Below are positions 29,801 to 38,358 of a stretch of DNA of 64,000 bases, piece after piece. How positions within the stretch are numbered: the first letter of the stretch is position 1; each line of letters opens with the position of its first letter. Under the pieces are notes generated by a model. It was not told the origin of the DNA. It saw only the letters and a list, made by a program, of their open reading frames with translations, and did no database searches. This DNA is from Thermodesulfobacteriota bacterium (GTDB lineage Bacteria; Desulfobacterota; Binatia; Bin18). The stretch is from the NCBI GenBank assembly GCA_964291405.2, contig OZ219926.1, positions 2,208,001 to 2,272,000 of the forward strand, given 5' to 3'. The position numbers were made by a program, and so were the translations under genes.

Positions 29801-30159
29801 AGCAGTATATTGCCAGGGCCGCACTCTGGCCACGTATTCACACTGCTCCCCAATGCATTGTGGACGAGGAATTCACGCTGCATGTCGGCAAGACGCTCCT
29901 CACTGGGCGTATTCCACTGGCGTTTCTCGAAGGCGGCAAATGGGTTATTGCTGACTTTTCCCTGGGAGGGGTAGATCTCTCAGGAAAAGAGCACAGCGTT
30001 GTGTATACACGCCTTGGGCCCAGCGCTCTGGCCCTTGAGCAATTGACCCCGTTTCCGGTACAGGACCTACTCCTCTTTCTGGTCGATCGACAGCAGGAAA
30101 TCTGCGTTGCATGGGAGAGTCCGGGGAAGGACGCTCTCCAAAAACAATTGTTGGGCTGA
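26875..30159 (+). CDS. AddA-like UvrD/REP helicase
   Basis: EAGAGTGKT, DEVQDT, VGDPQQSIYRFR, TIHKAKGLEF, EERRLWYVAATRA; ATGA overlap with upstream gene. Confidence 0.9.
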   Translation: MTQAPLSDDGAQQRIVSDFQTTFLLEAGAGTGKTQLLLNRLLALLRTGRSPLSRVAVITFTDKAAAELRTRLRAAVESALQTALPEAERAALQAVLSELDRAMVMTIHAFCATLLRERALEVGLDPAFTVLNQAEAGLLHDQVWQTWLAQELQSGTDSATLIRQAFRAGLSVTHLKALCDFLVEQRDCLDWLPAAVDSDVPAYCTESHQAVARLTALQDCCHDTTDSAFEQITTLTDSVPTAFYQDNAEAWEHFLLHRLTVQPRKGRRTNWQPTAALNEVRTLLAQLKALHLKTRAAWLHNLTVGLAGWLGGYLRAYQAKKQHQGSLDFLDLLVLMRDGLRHNHELRRYFQRKFDFLLVDEVQDTDPLQAEILFFLAEDQPRAERWTQVALRAGKLFLVGDPQQSIYRFRRADLEVYHLLRSAVERQGSVLNLSTNFRMRAALVTQMNTLFSRVLDNEDDPDQPRYLPLRAVSSDGDEDGLTFLLLDLPHAAPHEQGALEARCTAQFIRHSVEQQTLATQADRPLRYGDIAILCRTNRGVELYERALRDAGVPYRSTGGRRVAASQERTDIQACVRTLLHPADATALVATLRSSLFGFSDEELAQFRCAGGTFDYLGGRIPGQLPCADRLHAAFAVLRTLHQSLSRTVQSAQSVGAGLSILLTEIYSHTPLLPLFACRPHGQQRLHKMLQRVEALRDMSGQYGAAQDFSPDFFDRLLASALDEYEEGQTEQASALDEPQDALHVLTIHKAKGLEFPLVVVAESGAPSNRLTRPGLVRRKDNRLELHLGPRSLQCCTLGWQEAEARERQQEAAEERRLWYVAATRAREYVVFPVPPPSETKKKDTVLHTVLRDLSGTERQAVPQSDANQTDQSQVSSGPDPTDSQEKSAAADAQPSDIDWVTDRRRLIAKGRQKRQTRNILQRGNASQQQVQLDRLITQTAVHLRQDQSVEASLQAASAAQDNSGYASDAPFPDDVQQYIARAALWPRIHTAPQCIVDEEFTLHVGKTLLTGRIPLAFLEGGKWVIADFSLGGVDLSGKEHSVVYTRLGPSALALEQLTPFPVQDLLLFLVDRQQEICVAWESPGKDALQKQLLG

Positions 30160-30190
30160 GAGGCCTTGTGAGAAGCGAAAAGTAACAGAG

Positions 30191-31342
30191 ATGAAAACCA
30201 CGCCGCCTGATCTTTCAACCGCGGAGAAGGATTTCTACCTCAAAGAATTTCGGGGAAAGAGTCTTCTGTTCGCTCTGCGGGCAAAAGACATCACTGCACC
30301 CAAGGACCGAGACGCGATCCAGGAGGTCCTGCGTACGCTTGGGTTGAATGAAACCCGAGTGATTTTGCTCATGGAGACAGACATATCCACACCAGAGCAC
30401 CAGGCGGTTGAGGAACTGCATACACAGTTGTCTCACGCGCTGAACGGCATCCCTGCCCCCGTACTCCTATTGCCCGAGAGCGATGAAGATCAACACTGTC
30501 TCACCATTCTGGAAACCCTGCGTACGGTTCCCGTTTTTATCGGGCTCTGGCCAGCTCAGGCTCGTCTGCCGGCCCTTCAGAACGCCCAGCAACTCGCAAA
30601 TCGCCTCACCGTCCATAAGCTCGTGATACTGGACCCGCAGGGTGGATTAACGGCCAGCGGAGCGCCGTTATCCTTTCTGAACGGTTCGCACTTGGAAGAA
30701 TTGCAGACTCATGGCGCGCGCGGGGAGCTACCCCACGAGCGGCACCGGCAACTGGAAACAGCGCGGTTAGCCTTGGAAGGCGGCGTTGCCTCAGTCTCTC
30801 TGTGCTCGCCGGCGAGCCTGGCAAAAGAACTCTTTACCTACGAAGGGTGTGGGACGTTTTTTACCCTGACGGACTACTGTCAGGCGGAACGCTTAGTCCT
30901 GGATGATTTCCCCGAAGCCGAACGACTCATACAGCGGGGCGAACAGGAAGGAGCGCTCAAAAAGCGTACTCCCTCCGATATCAGTCAGTTGTTGCTGCAC
31001 GGCTATGGTGCGCGGCTTGGGAAAGAGCGCGACCTCGTTGGGTTATGCGCTCTCTTGCCGTATGCCGATGACAATGCAGGGGAAATAGCTGGGCTCTACA
31101 CCCTCAGGCGGTTCCACGGCGAAGGAATTGGTAGCCGCCTGGTTGGGAAAGCGATCACAGAAGGGCGGGCACGCGGCCTTGCCTACCTCTTCGCCTGTAC
31201 CAATCAGGAGGGTGCACGACGGCTTTTTGAGCGGTTTGATTTTCATCAGGTCAAGCCGGACGCAGTCCCGACGACAAAATGGCACGCCTATGCTCCCGAA
31301 CGAAAGCAGGCTATGAGCGTGTATAAGCGCGAATTGTCGTGA
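30191..31342 (+). CDS. ArgA-like amino-acid N-acetyltransferase (AAK + GNAT)
   Basis: EFRGKSLLFAL, ELFTYEGCGT, GNAT C-domain (GEIAGLY..FHGEGIG). Confidence 0.75.
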   Translation: MKTTPPDLSTAEKDFYLKEFRGKSLLFALRAKDITAPKDRDAIQEVLRTLGLNETRVILLMETDISTPEHQAVEELHTQLSHALNGIPAPVLLLPESDEDQHCLTILETLRTVPVFIGLWPAQARLPALQNAQQLANRLTVHKLVILDPQGGLTASGAPLSFLNGSHLEELQTHGARGELPHERHRQLETARLALEGGVASVSLCSPASLAKELFTYEGCGTFFTLTDYCQAERLVLDDFPEAERLIQRGEQEGALKKRTPSDISQLLLHGYGARLGKERDLVGLCALLPYADDNAGEIAGLYTLRRFHGEGIGSRLVGKAITEGRARGLAYLFACTNQEGARRLFERFDFHQVKPDAVPTTKWHAYAPERKQAMSVYKRELS

Positions 31343-31447
31343 AACTGCGGGGAGTACGGCCTGAGTGCTCGCCGCACGAATACTCCCTCAGTAGCTTTTC
31401 TCAGTCTGAGCACTTTATTAGGTAGGGTTACGTCTGTACATAATTTC

Positions 31448-31477
31448 TTGACATACATACCGATTGCATGTTATTTT
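31448..31477 (+). promoter_or_regulatory. Sigma70 promoter with TACATAC-N5-GTATGTA-like operator
   Basis: TTGACA TACATAC CGATT GCATGTT ATTTT upstream of TetR-1. Confidence 0.7.
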
Positions 31478-31514
31478 CCACCCTCGATAGGAGAGGCGAT
31501 GTAAAGGGTTTGCC

Positions 31515-32171
31515 GTGGCAGGAACATCAAAGGCCGAACAATTTCAAAAAACCCAGAGAATCTTGCTCAAAACGGCCCGAGAGCTGTTTACCCAGAATGG
31601 GTACGCCGACACCTCAACCGAAGAAATTGTCCGCCGTTCCAGGGTGACAAGAGGCGCACTGTACTATCATTATCGGGACAAAGCCGATATCTTTGCCGCG
31701 GTTTTCGAGGAGGTGCGGGCCGATTCAGCACAATTCATTAGAGGAAAAATGGAGGAGGCTGAAGACGCTGGGGCTGATTTGTGGCAGCAGGTGATAGTCG
31801 GGTGCCACGCCTTTATTGAAAGCGCCTTGATCCCGAGTGCACAGCGCATTGTCCACACGGATGGCCCGTCTGTTCTGGACTGGCCTGTCGTACAAAGAAG
31901 CGGGCCGGGACTGACTCTCTTACGAAAGATCCTCGGGCAGCTCATGGACGAGGGTATTATTGAAAGAATGCCGATTGGCCCACTGGCATATGTACTCTGG
32001 GGGACGTTTTTTGAGGCGGGAGTATATATCGCTCATGCAGATGACGTCACTGCGGCCCGGGAGGAAACGACCAAACTGCTGGTTCGTCTATTGGCCGGAC
32101 TCCGGGTCCGAGTGCCTGCCGCTTATACCGATACCGGTGTACAGGTCGGTTTCGGTACCATCCAGTCATAG
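31515..32171 (+). CDS. TetR/AcrR regulator (paralog 1)
   Basis: GYADTSTEEIV..SRVTRGALYYHY HTH. Confidence 0.92.
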   Translation: MAGTSKAEQFQKTQRILLKTARELFTQNGYADTSTEEIVRRSRVTRGALYYHYRDKADIFAAVFEEVRADSAQFIRGKMEEAEDAGADLWQQVIVGCHAFIESALIPSAQRIVHTDGPSVLDWPVVQRSGPGLTLLRKILGQLMDEGIIERMPIGPLAYVLWGTFFEAGVYIAHADDVTAAREETTKLLVRLLAGLRVRVPAAYTDTGVQVGFGTIQS

Positions 32172-32174
32172 GGC

Positions 32175-32639
32175 ATGAGGAAAAACGAAGCCGTGCTTGA
32201 GCTCGCGTTGCTGCCAACCTGCTGTGCGCTCTTTGGTGCGGCCATTGTGTCCGATCTGACCGGACGCTGGATTCCGGATAGTATTCCAATCGCCCTGCTG
32301 GTCTTATTCGCCCTCTACACACTGACCGGCGGTCATCTGGCACCGGTGTGGACCCATATCGCCATCGGTACGGTCCTTCTGCTCGTGGGGTTTGCCCTAT
32401 TCGCCTTCGGTGGGCTCGGCGGGGGCGACGGCAAGCTCATGGCCGTCGCCGGTTTGTGGATCGGTCCGCATGATCTGACGCTTTTTCTGATCGGTCTGGG
32501 GCTGATCAGCCTCTGCCTCGCCCTGTTTGCCTTACTGCCGTTCGATGCGACCCGCCGGCTGCGCGCAAACCTGCCCTTTGCGGTCGCGATTGCTCCACCG
32601 GCTATCGTTCTCTTGGCACTGCGTGCCCTTCCCGTCTGA
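32175..32639 (+). CDS. cpaA: A24 prepilin peptidase CpaA/TadV
   Basis: SDLTGRWIPD, LGGGDGKL, LPFAVAI. Confidence 0.88.
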   Translation: MRKNEAVLELALLPTCCALFGAAIVSDLTGRWIPDSIPIALLVLFALYTLTGGHLAPVWTHIAIGTVLLLVGFALFAFGGLGGGDGKLMAVAGLWIGPHDLTLFLIGLGLISLCLALFALLPFDATRRLRANLPFAVAIAPPAIVLLALRALPV

Positions 32640-32653
32640 CGGAGTGAGTGCGT

Positions 32654-33559
32654 ATGCGAAGATATCGAACGCTGCTCCTCGTTGTTCTGCTGGGTATTAT
32701 TCCCGCGGCCATTGCCCTTTCGGTCAGCATGTGGCTGTATTTCGGCCCGGACGAAGAGGTGGCAGTGTCGCTTGAGCCGGAGCCGGTCGTGGCACCGCCG
32801 CCCGAACCGGTCGTCCCTCCGGTAGAGGTACTTGCCGCGGCCCGTAACATGCCGGCCGGGACCCTGCTCACGGCGAACGACCTCACCTATGTGCCGCTGG
32901 AGGCCCGGAATGTGCTGTCCAGCCATATCCGCAAGGAACCGACCGACACCGGACAGGAACAGGAACCGCCCTCCGTCATCGGGGCCGTGACCCGCATACC
33001 GTTTCTGGTCGGGATGCCGCTGACGGATACAGGGCTCATCCGGCCCGGTGAGGATGGATTCCTGGCCGCCGTCCTTCTGCCCGACCGCCGGGCGATTACC
33101 ATCACGGTCAATCAGGAGACGAGCCACGCCGGGATGATTGCGCCGGGAGACCGGGTTGATGTCATTTTTACCATGCAGGTCTCATCAGATAGCCCAAGCC
33201 AGCTCAACTCCTTCAGCAGAACCGTGCTTGAAGATATCCGCGTGGTCGCCGTCGGCCGTCGCATCGAGAGCGTCAATTACACGGAACAAGAGGACAGCCT
33301 CATCCCCCAGGCCGGCGGCAGTACCGTAACCCTTGAAGTGAGCCCACCAGAGGCCGACCAACTCGTGCTGGCCAGCACCCGAGGCAGCCTGGCACTCGCC
33401 TTGCGTCCGCTCGGCCAGGCCGACGACGTTGGCTGGCGGGCGCCGGTCGGTCTCACCCGGCTGCTACCGCCACCGGCAACGGAACCCCCTGCCCCCGACC
33501 CGGTACGGATTCAGGTTTTTCGCGGGACTGAACGCGAGGAAGTGCTGCTGGATAAATAA
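32654..33559 (+). CDS. cpaB: Flp pilus assembly protein CpaB/RcpC
   Basis: SAF domain; RRAITITV, IAPGDRVDV, TVTLEVSP, LALALR. Confidence 0.92.
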   Translation: MRRYRTLLLVVLLGIIPAAIALSVSMWLYFGPDEEVAVSLEPEPVVAPPPEPVVPPVEVLAAARNMPAGTLLTANDLTYVPLEARNVLSSHIRKEPTDTGQEQEPPSVIGAVTRIPFLVGMPLTDTGLIRPGEDGFLAAVLLPDRRAITITVNQETSHAGMIAPGDRVDVIFTMQVSSDSPSQLNSFSRTVLEDIRVVAVGRRIESVNYTEQEDSLIPQAGGSTVTLEVSPPEADQLVLASTRGSLALALRPLGQADDVGWRAPVGLTRLLPPPATEPPAPDPVRIQVFRGTEREEVLLDK

Positions 33560-33884
33560 GCGGTCTTTATCCCCTCCCCTCTACCCTCCAACTGCTCTCA
33601 CAGAGGGCCCCTACTGTGAGGTCTCTGAGCCGGGCGCTGCCCCTCACGCCGCTCTACATCCATGGCCCCAGGAGTATGGCGGCTAGAGCAGTTTCCTCCG
33701 TGGTGTAGCGAGGTGCTCTCCAGAGTTCCGTCGGGTGCATCCCATGCACCACCTTGCCCCGGTGCGCAGGGCGCCCCCGACGTATCGGGCAACGCGCGGA
33801 GGCCGGTGGACGCGACACTCATGTGAATTTTGCTCTAGCGCGGTCGGCGGCCACGCTCGCCGGACCACCGGATGGGGTGACTTT

Positions 33885-33903
33885 CCTATCATTTGATAGG
33901 TGA
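33885..33903. promoter_or_regulatory. Palindromic box CCTATCATTTGATAGG
   Basis: Near-perfect palindrome, repeated at 35297. Confidence 0.55.
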
Positions 33904-34117
33904 TCGAGACCGCAGAATTAGGTATATGCATACAAACAGCACATATAGAAGCTTCTCCCGTGAGGTGCTTAAGGCACATGCAGACCAGCCGTCCGACTTT
34001 ATCAGAGCCCCCAGACTGCACCGCTGGAGGGGTGCTCCATTCGAGCGCAGCCCGTCCTCCCCTCCCCATACTTCACGACTGCTCCTCCCTGAAAACCCCG
34101 GACAAGACCCCACCGGC

Positions 34118-35254
34118 ATGAGTGACCAAGACGCATTTGAACGGGTCTTGGCGGCGTTACACGAGGCCATGCTCGACGATACCCAGTGGCCCGCCACCTC
34201 AGCCCTGATTGATGAAGCCTGCGGCATGGCCGGCAATACTCTGCTGGTCGGCGTCGGCCCGAAAGACGGCATTCAGGTCTCCTGCGCAGGGTTCTACTAC
34301 CGGGGGCAGCGCCGTGTCGACCTGGAGCGCGAGTACCTCGAGGTCTACCACCCCATCGACGAACGCGTGCCCCGCTTCCGTCAACTGCCCGACAGCCAGA
34401 TTGTCCCTATCGCCTCGTTGTACACGGCCGAGGAGTTGAAGACCTCGCCCGTGTACAACGAGGCGTTTCGCCGCTACCGCAGCCAAGCGGGCCTGAATGT
34501 GCGCCTGGATGGGACGGAGGGCTCCTATATCGCCTGGGGGATTGCGGACCCCGTCACCCCGGCGGGCTGGACCGCCCCGCGACTCGCACTGATTAAAGCG
34601 TTGCTGCCCCATATCCGGCAATTTGTCCGCGTCTGGCAGGCGCTGGCCAAAGCCCAGGCGCTGGGCGCGTCCATGACCACCCTGCTCGACAATACGCGGG
34701 TCGGCATCATCTACCTGGACCAGCGCGGGCAGATCGTGGAGGCGAATGACCGGGCTCGTCATATCCTGCGACAGGGCGATAGTTTGTCGGACCGGGATGC
34801 GGTGCTGGCCGCCCGCGTGCCGGCCGACCAAGCCCGCCTGGAGCAGTTCATGTCGAAGGCGCTGCCGACCTCCAGCACCCCCGCCGTCAGCGGGTCGATG
34901 ATACTCCACCGGGTGTCCGCGCTGCCACCGTTCGTGGTGCACGTCAAACCCGTGAGTGTCTGGCAGCCGGACTTTGGAGCCCGGCGGGTCGCCGCCCTGG
35001 TACTGATTACCGAGCCAGGACAGGTAGTCCGCATCGACCCTGCTGTGGTGGCCGCGACCCTGGGGCTGACGCCGATAGAGAGCCAGATCGCGGCCTTGTT
35101 GGCGGAAGGCCGGACGGTACGCGAGATTGCCGGGGCGCTGGAGTATACGGAACGCTCGGTCCGCTGGTACCTGCATCAAATCTACCACAAGCAGGGCCTC
35201 GCCGGGCAGGTGGACTTGGTGCGGCTGGTGCTGTCGGTGGCCATGCTCGTCTGA
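34118..35254 (+). CDS. PAS-like/LuxR-HTH transcriptional regulator
   Basis: LLPHIRQ, PAS-like (IIYLDQRGQIVEANDRA), GLTPIESQIA...EIA...VRWYLHQIYHK. Confidence 0.88.
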   Translation: MSDQDAFERVLAALHEAMLDDTQWPATSALIDEACGMAGNTLLVGVGPKDGIQVSCAGFYYRGQRRVDLEREYLEVYHPIDERVPRFRQLPDSQIVPIASLYTAEELKTSPVYNEAFRRYRSQAGLNVRLDGTEGSYIAWGIADPVTPAGWTAPRLALIKALLPHIRQFVRVWQALAKAQALGASMTTLLDNTRVGIIYLDQRGQIVEANDRARHILRQGDSLSDRDAVLAARVPADQARLEQFMSKALPTSSTPAVSGSMILHRVSALPPFVVHVKPVSVWQPDFGARRVAALVLITEPGQVVRIDPAVVAATLGLTPIESQIAALLAEGRTVREIAGALEYTERSVRWYLHQIYHKQGLAGQVDLVRLVLSVAMLV

Positions 35255-35296
35255 CCTCCGGCAGTCTCGTCTTTCTATTGTTACAGGCTCATTTTT

Positions 35297-35314
35297 CTAT
35301 CATTTGACAGGTGA
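35297..35314. promoter_or_regulatory. Second copy of CTATCATTTGA(T/C)AGGTGA box
   Basis: 17 of 18 bases identical to 33886-33903. Confidence 0.55.
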
Positions 35315-35495
35315 CAGGGTCCACCCGGTTGGATTATAGAGAGTTCTCCCTCAGCGGTGGTCGCAGAACCCACACCGACTGCCGTGCCCGCAGAGGACGG
35401 AGAGGTAGCGGGAAGAGGAGGAGCCCCGCGGGTGCTTGTCAAGCCCGTGGTGCACGGCCGTATTGTGGGACGACCTGACGCGGAAGGTGGAGGTT

Positions 35496-36110
35496 GTGGC
35501 GCCCCGACTCTTGAACGCTGAACGCTCCCGCCAGACCCGGCGCACCCTGCTTGACGCGGGGCGGGCGTTGTTTGCCGACGTCGGCTATGCCCGCACCACG
35601 ACGGGAGAGCTTGTCCAGCGGGCGGGCGTGACCCGAGGGGCGTTGTACTATCACTTTCGCGACAAAACCGCGCTCTTCGAATCCGTATTTGAGGAAGTCC
35701 ACCAGGAGTCCCTCCAGGCGATGAAGACGTGTATGGAGACGGCTGAGGGCGACCCGTGGGAGCGGTTTCTGGAGAGTCTGCGGGTGTTGACTGAACAGCT
35801 TGGACGTCCGGGCGTCCAGCGGATTGTCTCTGATGGTCCGGCGATTCTGGGTCCGTTCCATGTCCGCCATGAGACGCTGGGGCCCCAGTTCCTGCACACC
35901 GTCTTTGAGCAGTTGGTCGCCGAGGGGGTGATGAAACCATTGCCACTCGGTCCCCTGTGTCGCCTCGTGTGGGCAGCCTGCTTCGAGGCTGCGCTCCACA
36001 TTGCCCAGACCGAGACGAGTGTTGTGGGCCAGCGGGAAACAATCGTCACGCTGATGTGTCTGATAGGCGGCCTGCGGCGCAAGCAGGAAGCTGAGGGCAG
36101 GCAGGATTGA
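35496..36110 (+). CDS. TetR/AcrR regulator (paralog 2)
   Basis: GYARTTTGELVQRAGVTRGALYYHF; GGAGG RBS before GTG 35496. Confidence 0.9.
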   Translation: MAPRLLNAERSRQTRRTLLDAGRALFADVGYARTTTGELVQRAGVTRGALYYHFRDKTALFESVFEEVHQESLQAMKTCMETAEGDPWERFLESLRVLTEQLGRPGVQRIVSDGPAILGPFHVRHETLGPQFLHTVFEQLVAEGVMKPLPLGPLCRLVWAACFEAALHIAQTETSVVGQRETIVTLMCLIGGLRRKQEAEGRQD

Positions 36111-36182
36111 CGCACATGGGCCGGAGCGGGTGTCGCTCTAGCGGCGGGGTGGGTTTGGTCCTTGTTTTTCCGGCAGCGCCCG

Positions 36183-37148
36183 TTATTGACCAAGGTTGCC
36201 CAACATCTCCATGGTCGAGACAAAGGCCGGTCCCGCAACCAGCAGCAGGGTCCCAGGCGTCACCAGCAGCAGCATCGGCATGCTCATCAGCACCGGCAGC
36301 CTGGCAACCTGAGTCTCAATCCGGGCCGCACGCTGCTGCCGCTCGCTCTGGGCGATATTCCGCATGGATTGGGCCAGCGGCGTGCCATAGCGCTCGCCCT
36401 GGGTAATGGTTGTGGACAGGTCGCGCAGTCCCTCTACCCCGGTGCGGACGTGCAGGTCGTTCAGCACGTTTTTACGGTCGGCACCGAGCCGCAGTTCTGC
36501 CTCAGCCAGAGCGAACTCGCGCGCCAGGTCGGGTGCCATGGTCTCCAACTCCTGCACCACCCGAGACAGGGTACGCTCAAAAGTCAACCCGGATTCAAGA
36601 CAGAGCGTCATCAGGTCCAGAGCGTCCGGCAGCGCCGTAGCCATCCGACGTTGCCGGCGAGCGCTGAGTTGGTCCAGGCACATCTCGGGCAAAATCCCGC
36701 CCATGACCGCGCCGGCGAGACCGGCCAGCAGGATGGTTGGAGTTGAAGTGTATTCCCCCAGCCACTGTCCCGCCGACATCTGGAAGCTGAGCAGGGCGCC
36801 GCTCGCCAGAGTGACGACCAGCTTGACCGTCATGAATATCGATAAGGCGTCGGGCCGATGAAAACCCGCCTTCATGACCAGATCTTTCAACTTGGCCCGC
36901 TCGGCTGCACCGACCGGAACCAGTCGGGACGCAATATTCAGGAGAACGGACGATACCGAACGTAGGGAGAAGCCTCCACCCTCCTGTTTGCGCCGTTTCT
37001 GCGGCTCGCCATAGACCGCTACGGCCCACGCCCGTACCCTGGCAAGTCGGCGGTCCATCACCTGGGCATTACGAGTGCCGCGAAAAACCATCACGCTGGC
37101 AACCGTCATGCAGGTGAGCGTTGTGACGACGACGAGCCAGAACATCAT
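36183..37148 (-). CDS. tadC: Tad inner-membrane platform protein TadC
   Basis: LPDALDLMTLCLESGL, YGTPLAQSMR. Confidence 0.92.
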   Translation of the reverse strand: MMFWLVVVTTLTCMTVASVMVFRGTRNAQVMDRRLARVRAWAVAVYGEPQKRRKQEGGGFSLRSVSSVLLNIASRLVPVGAAERAKLKDLVMKAGFHRPDALSIFMTVKLVVTLASGALLSFQMSAGQWLGEYTSTPTILLAGLAGAVMGGILPEMCLDQLSARRQRRMATALPDALDLMTLCLESGLTFERTLSRVVQELETMAPDLAREFALAEAELRLGADRKNVLNDLHVRTGVEGLRDLSTTITQGERYGTPLAQSMRNIAQSERQQRAARIETQVARLPVLMSMPMLLLVTPGTLLLVAGPAFVSTMEMLGNLGQ

Positions 37149-37180
37149 TGGGATTTTCCGTATTGCACGATCATGTACTT

Positions 37181-37292
37181 TTCCCCTCTCGGGAGGGGTG
37201 ACGCATATTGTTTCGTGGGTCCTCGGAGGGGTGGGGCTCCAGGAGTGCGGGCTTCCAGCCCGCATGGCGGCCAGGATGGCCGCTCTCCCAGG
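37181..37292. repeat. Composite REP-like element, inverted near-copy of 41564-41680
   Basis: GGAGTGCGGGCTTCCAGCCCGC...GCGGCCAGGATGGCCGCTCTCCCAGG. Confidence 0.8.
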
Positions 37293-37323
37293 GGGGGATA
37301 TGTAATACAAAAGAAGGCATGAC

Positions 37324-38358
37324 TTACCGTCCAATTCGGGCGGACAGGGCGCGGGCGACCAGCAGCCCGCTCAGAATAAGGCCGACCCCGTAGCGGAGCA
37401 GGGTGCCGCCCGACTCAGTATAGAACAAGGTCTCGATAGTCTGCGGATTGGTGAAGTTCTGCGTGACCAGCACCGCGACCGGCACCAGCGAGATGATCGC
37501 CAGGGTCAGCCTGGTCTGGGCCGTCGAACTCTTGGCCTTGAGCGTCACATCGTGACGAGCCCGCAGGGTAGCTGAGAGGTTGCCGAGCGCGCCCGAAATG
37601 CCACCTCCGGTCGTCATCTGCAAACAGACCGCGGCAGAGAAGAGAGAGAACGCGGGAATACGGACACGCGCCGCCGTACTACGAATGGCGGTTTCCGGGT
37701 CCAGCCCAGCCGCCGTGGCCGAGGCTATTTCACGCATGATCCCGCCGACCGGCAGCGGAGCCTCCTGGGCCACGATCGAAATGGCCTCCATTGACGGAAC
37801 GCCAGCCCGCACCAGACGCACCACCTGGTCGGTGGTCTCGGGAAATATCTTGGTGAACTCGTTGCGCTGGCCCGTGTCCTGCATGGCCAGCACGGCCCAA
37901 CCGCACCCCAGCCCGCTAACCGGTGGTAAAAAGAGAATGGCGAGCGTCCCGAACCCCATAAACGCCACGCCCAGCCCGGTCGCCAGCATACCCAGCACGC
38001 CCAGCCCCACGGCCTTGGGCAGAATCTTACGCACGTCAATCAGGGGGAATTGGTACTCCAGCCGTTCAACCAGCCGCGATTTGCTCCGTCGTTCACGGAA
38101 GACACTGACGCTATCACCAGTGGCGGTGTCCGTCGGCGTTCCGCCCTTGAGCGTCGCCGCAACCCGGTTCAGCCGGCGTTTCAACTCCCGCTGCTGGGGC
38201 CAGATAACCACCAGCAGATACACGCAGGGGATCTCAATCAGAAACGCAACCGCCGCAATCGCCATGCTCAACAGCGGGTTGCCAAGGATGAGCAGGGCCA
38301 GGATGCCGGGGATAATCACCCCGGCCACACAGACCAGCACCGTCAGGGTCATACTCAT
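37324..38358 (-). CDS. tadB: Tad inner-membrane platform protein TadB
   Basis: FPETTDQVVRLVRAG, QMTTGGGI..LGNLSATLRAR. Confidence 0.88.
   Translation of the reverse strand: MSMTLTVLVCVAGVIIPGILALLILGNPLLSMAIAAVAFLIEIPCVYLLVVIWPQQRELKRRLNRVAATLKGGTPTDTATGDSVSVFRERRSKSRLVERLEYQFPLIDVRKILPKAVGLGVLGMLATGLGVAFMGFGTLAILFLPPVSGLGCGWAVLAMQDTGQRNEFTKIFPETTDQVVRLVRAGVPSMEAISIVAQEAPLPVGGIMREIASATAAGLDPETAIRSTAARVRIPAFSLFSAAVCLQMTTGGGISGALGNLSATLRARHDVTLKAKSSTAQTRLTLAIISLVPVAVLVTQNFTNPQTIETLFYTESGGTLLRYGVGLILSGLLVARALSARIGR

Noticed and set aside
23534-30159. Helicase-nuclease pair as a novel defence system or Cas4 module
   Set aside because: Order, size and motifs fit housekeeping AddAB.
33598-34069. 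Small minus-strand ORFs between cpaB and the LuxR gene
   Set aside because: No recognisable motif or composition support.
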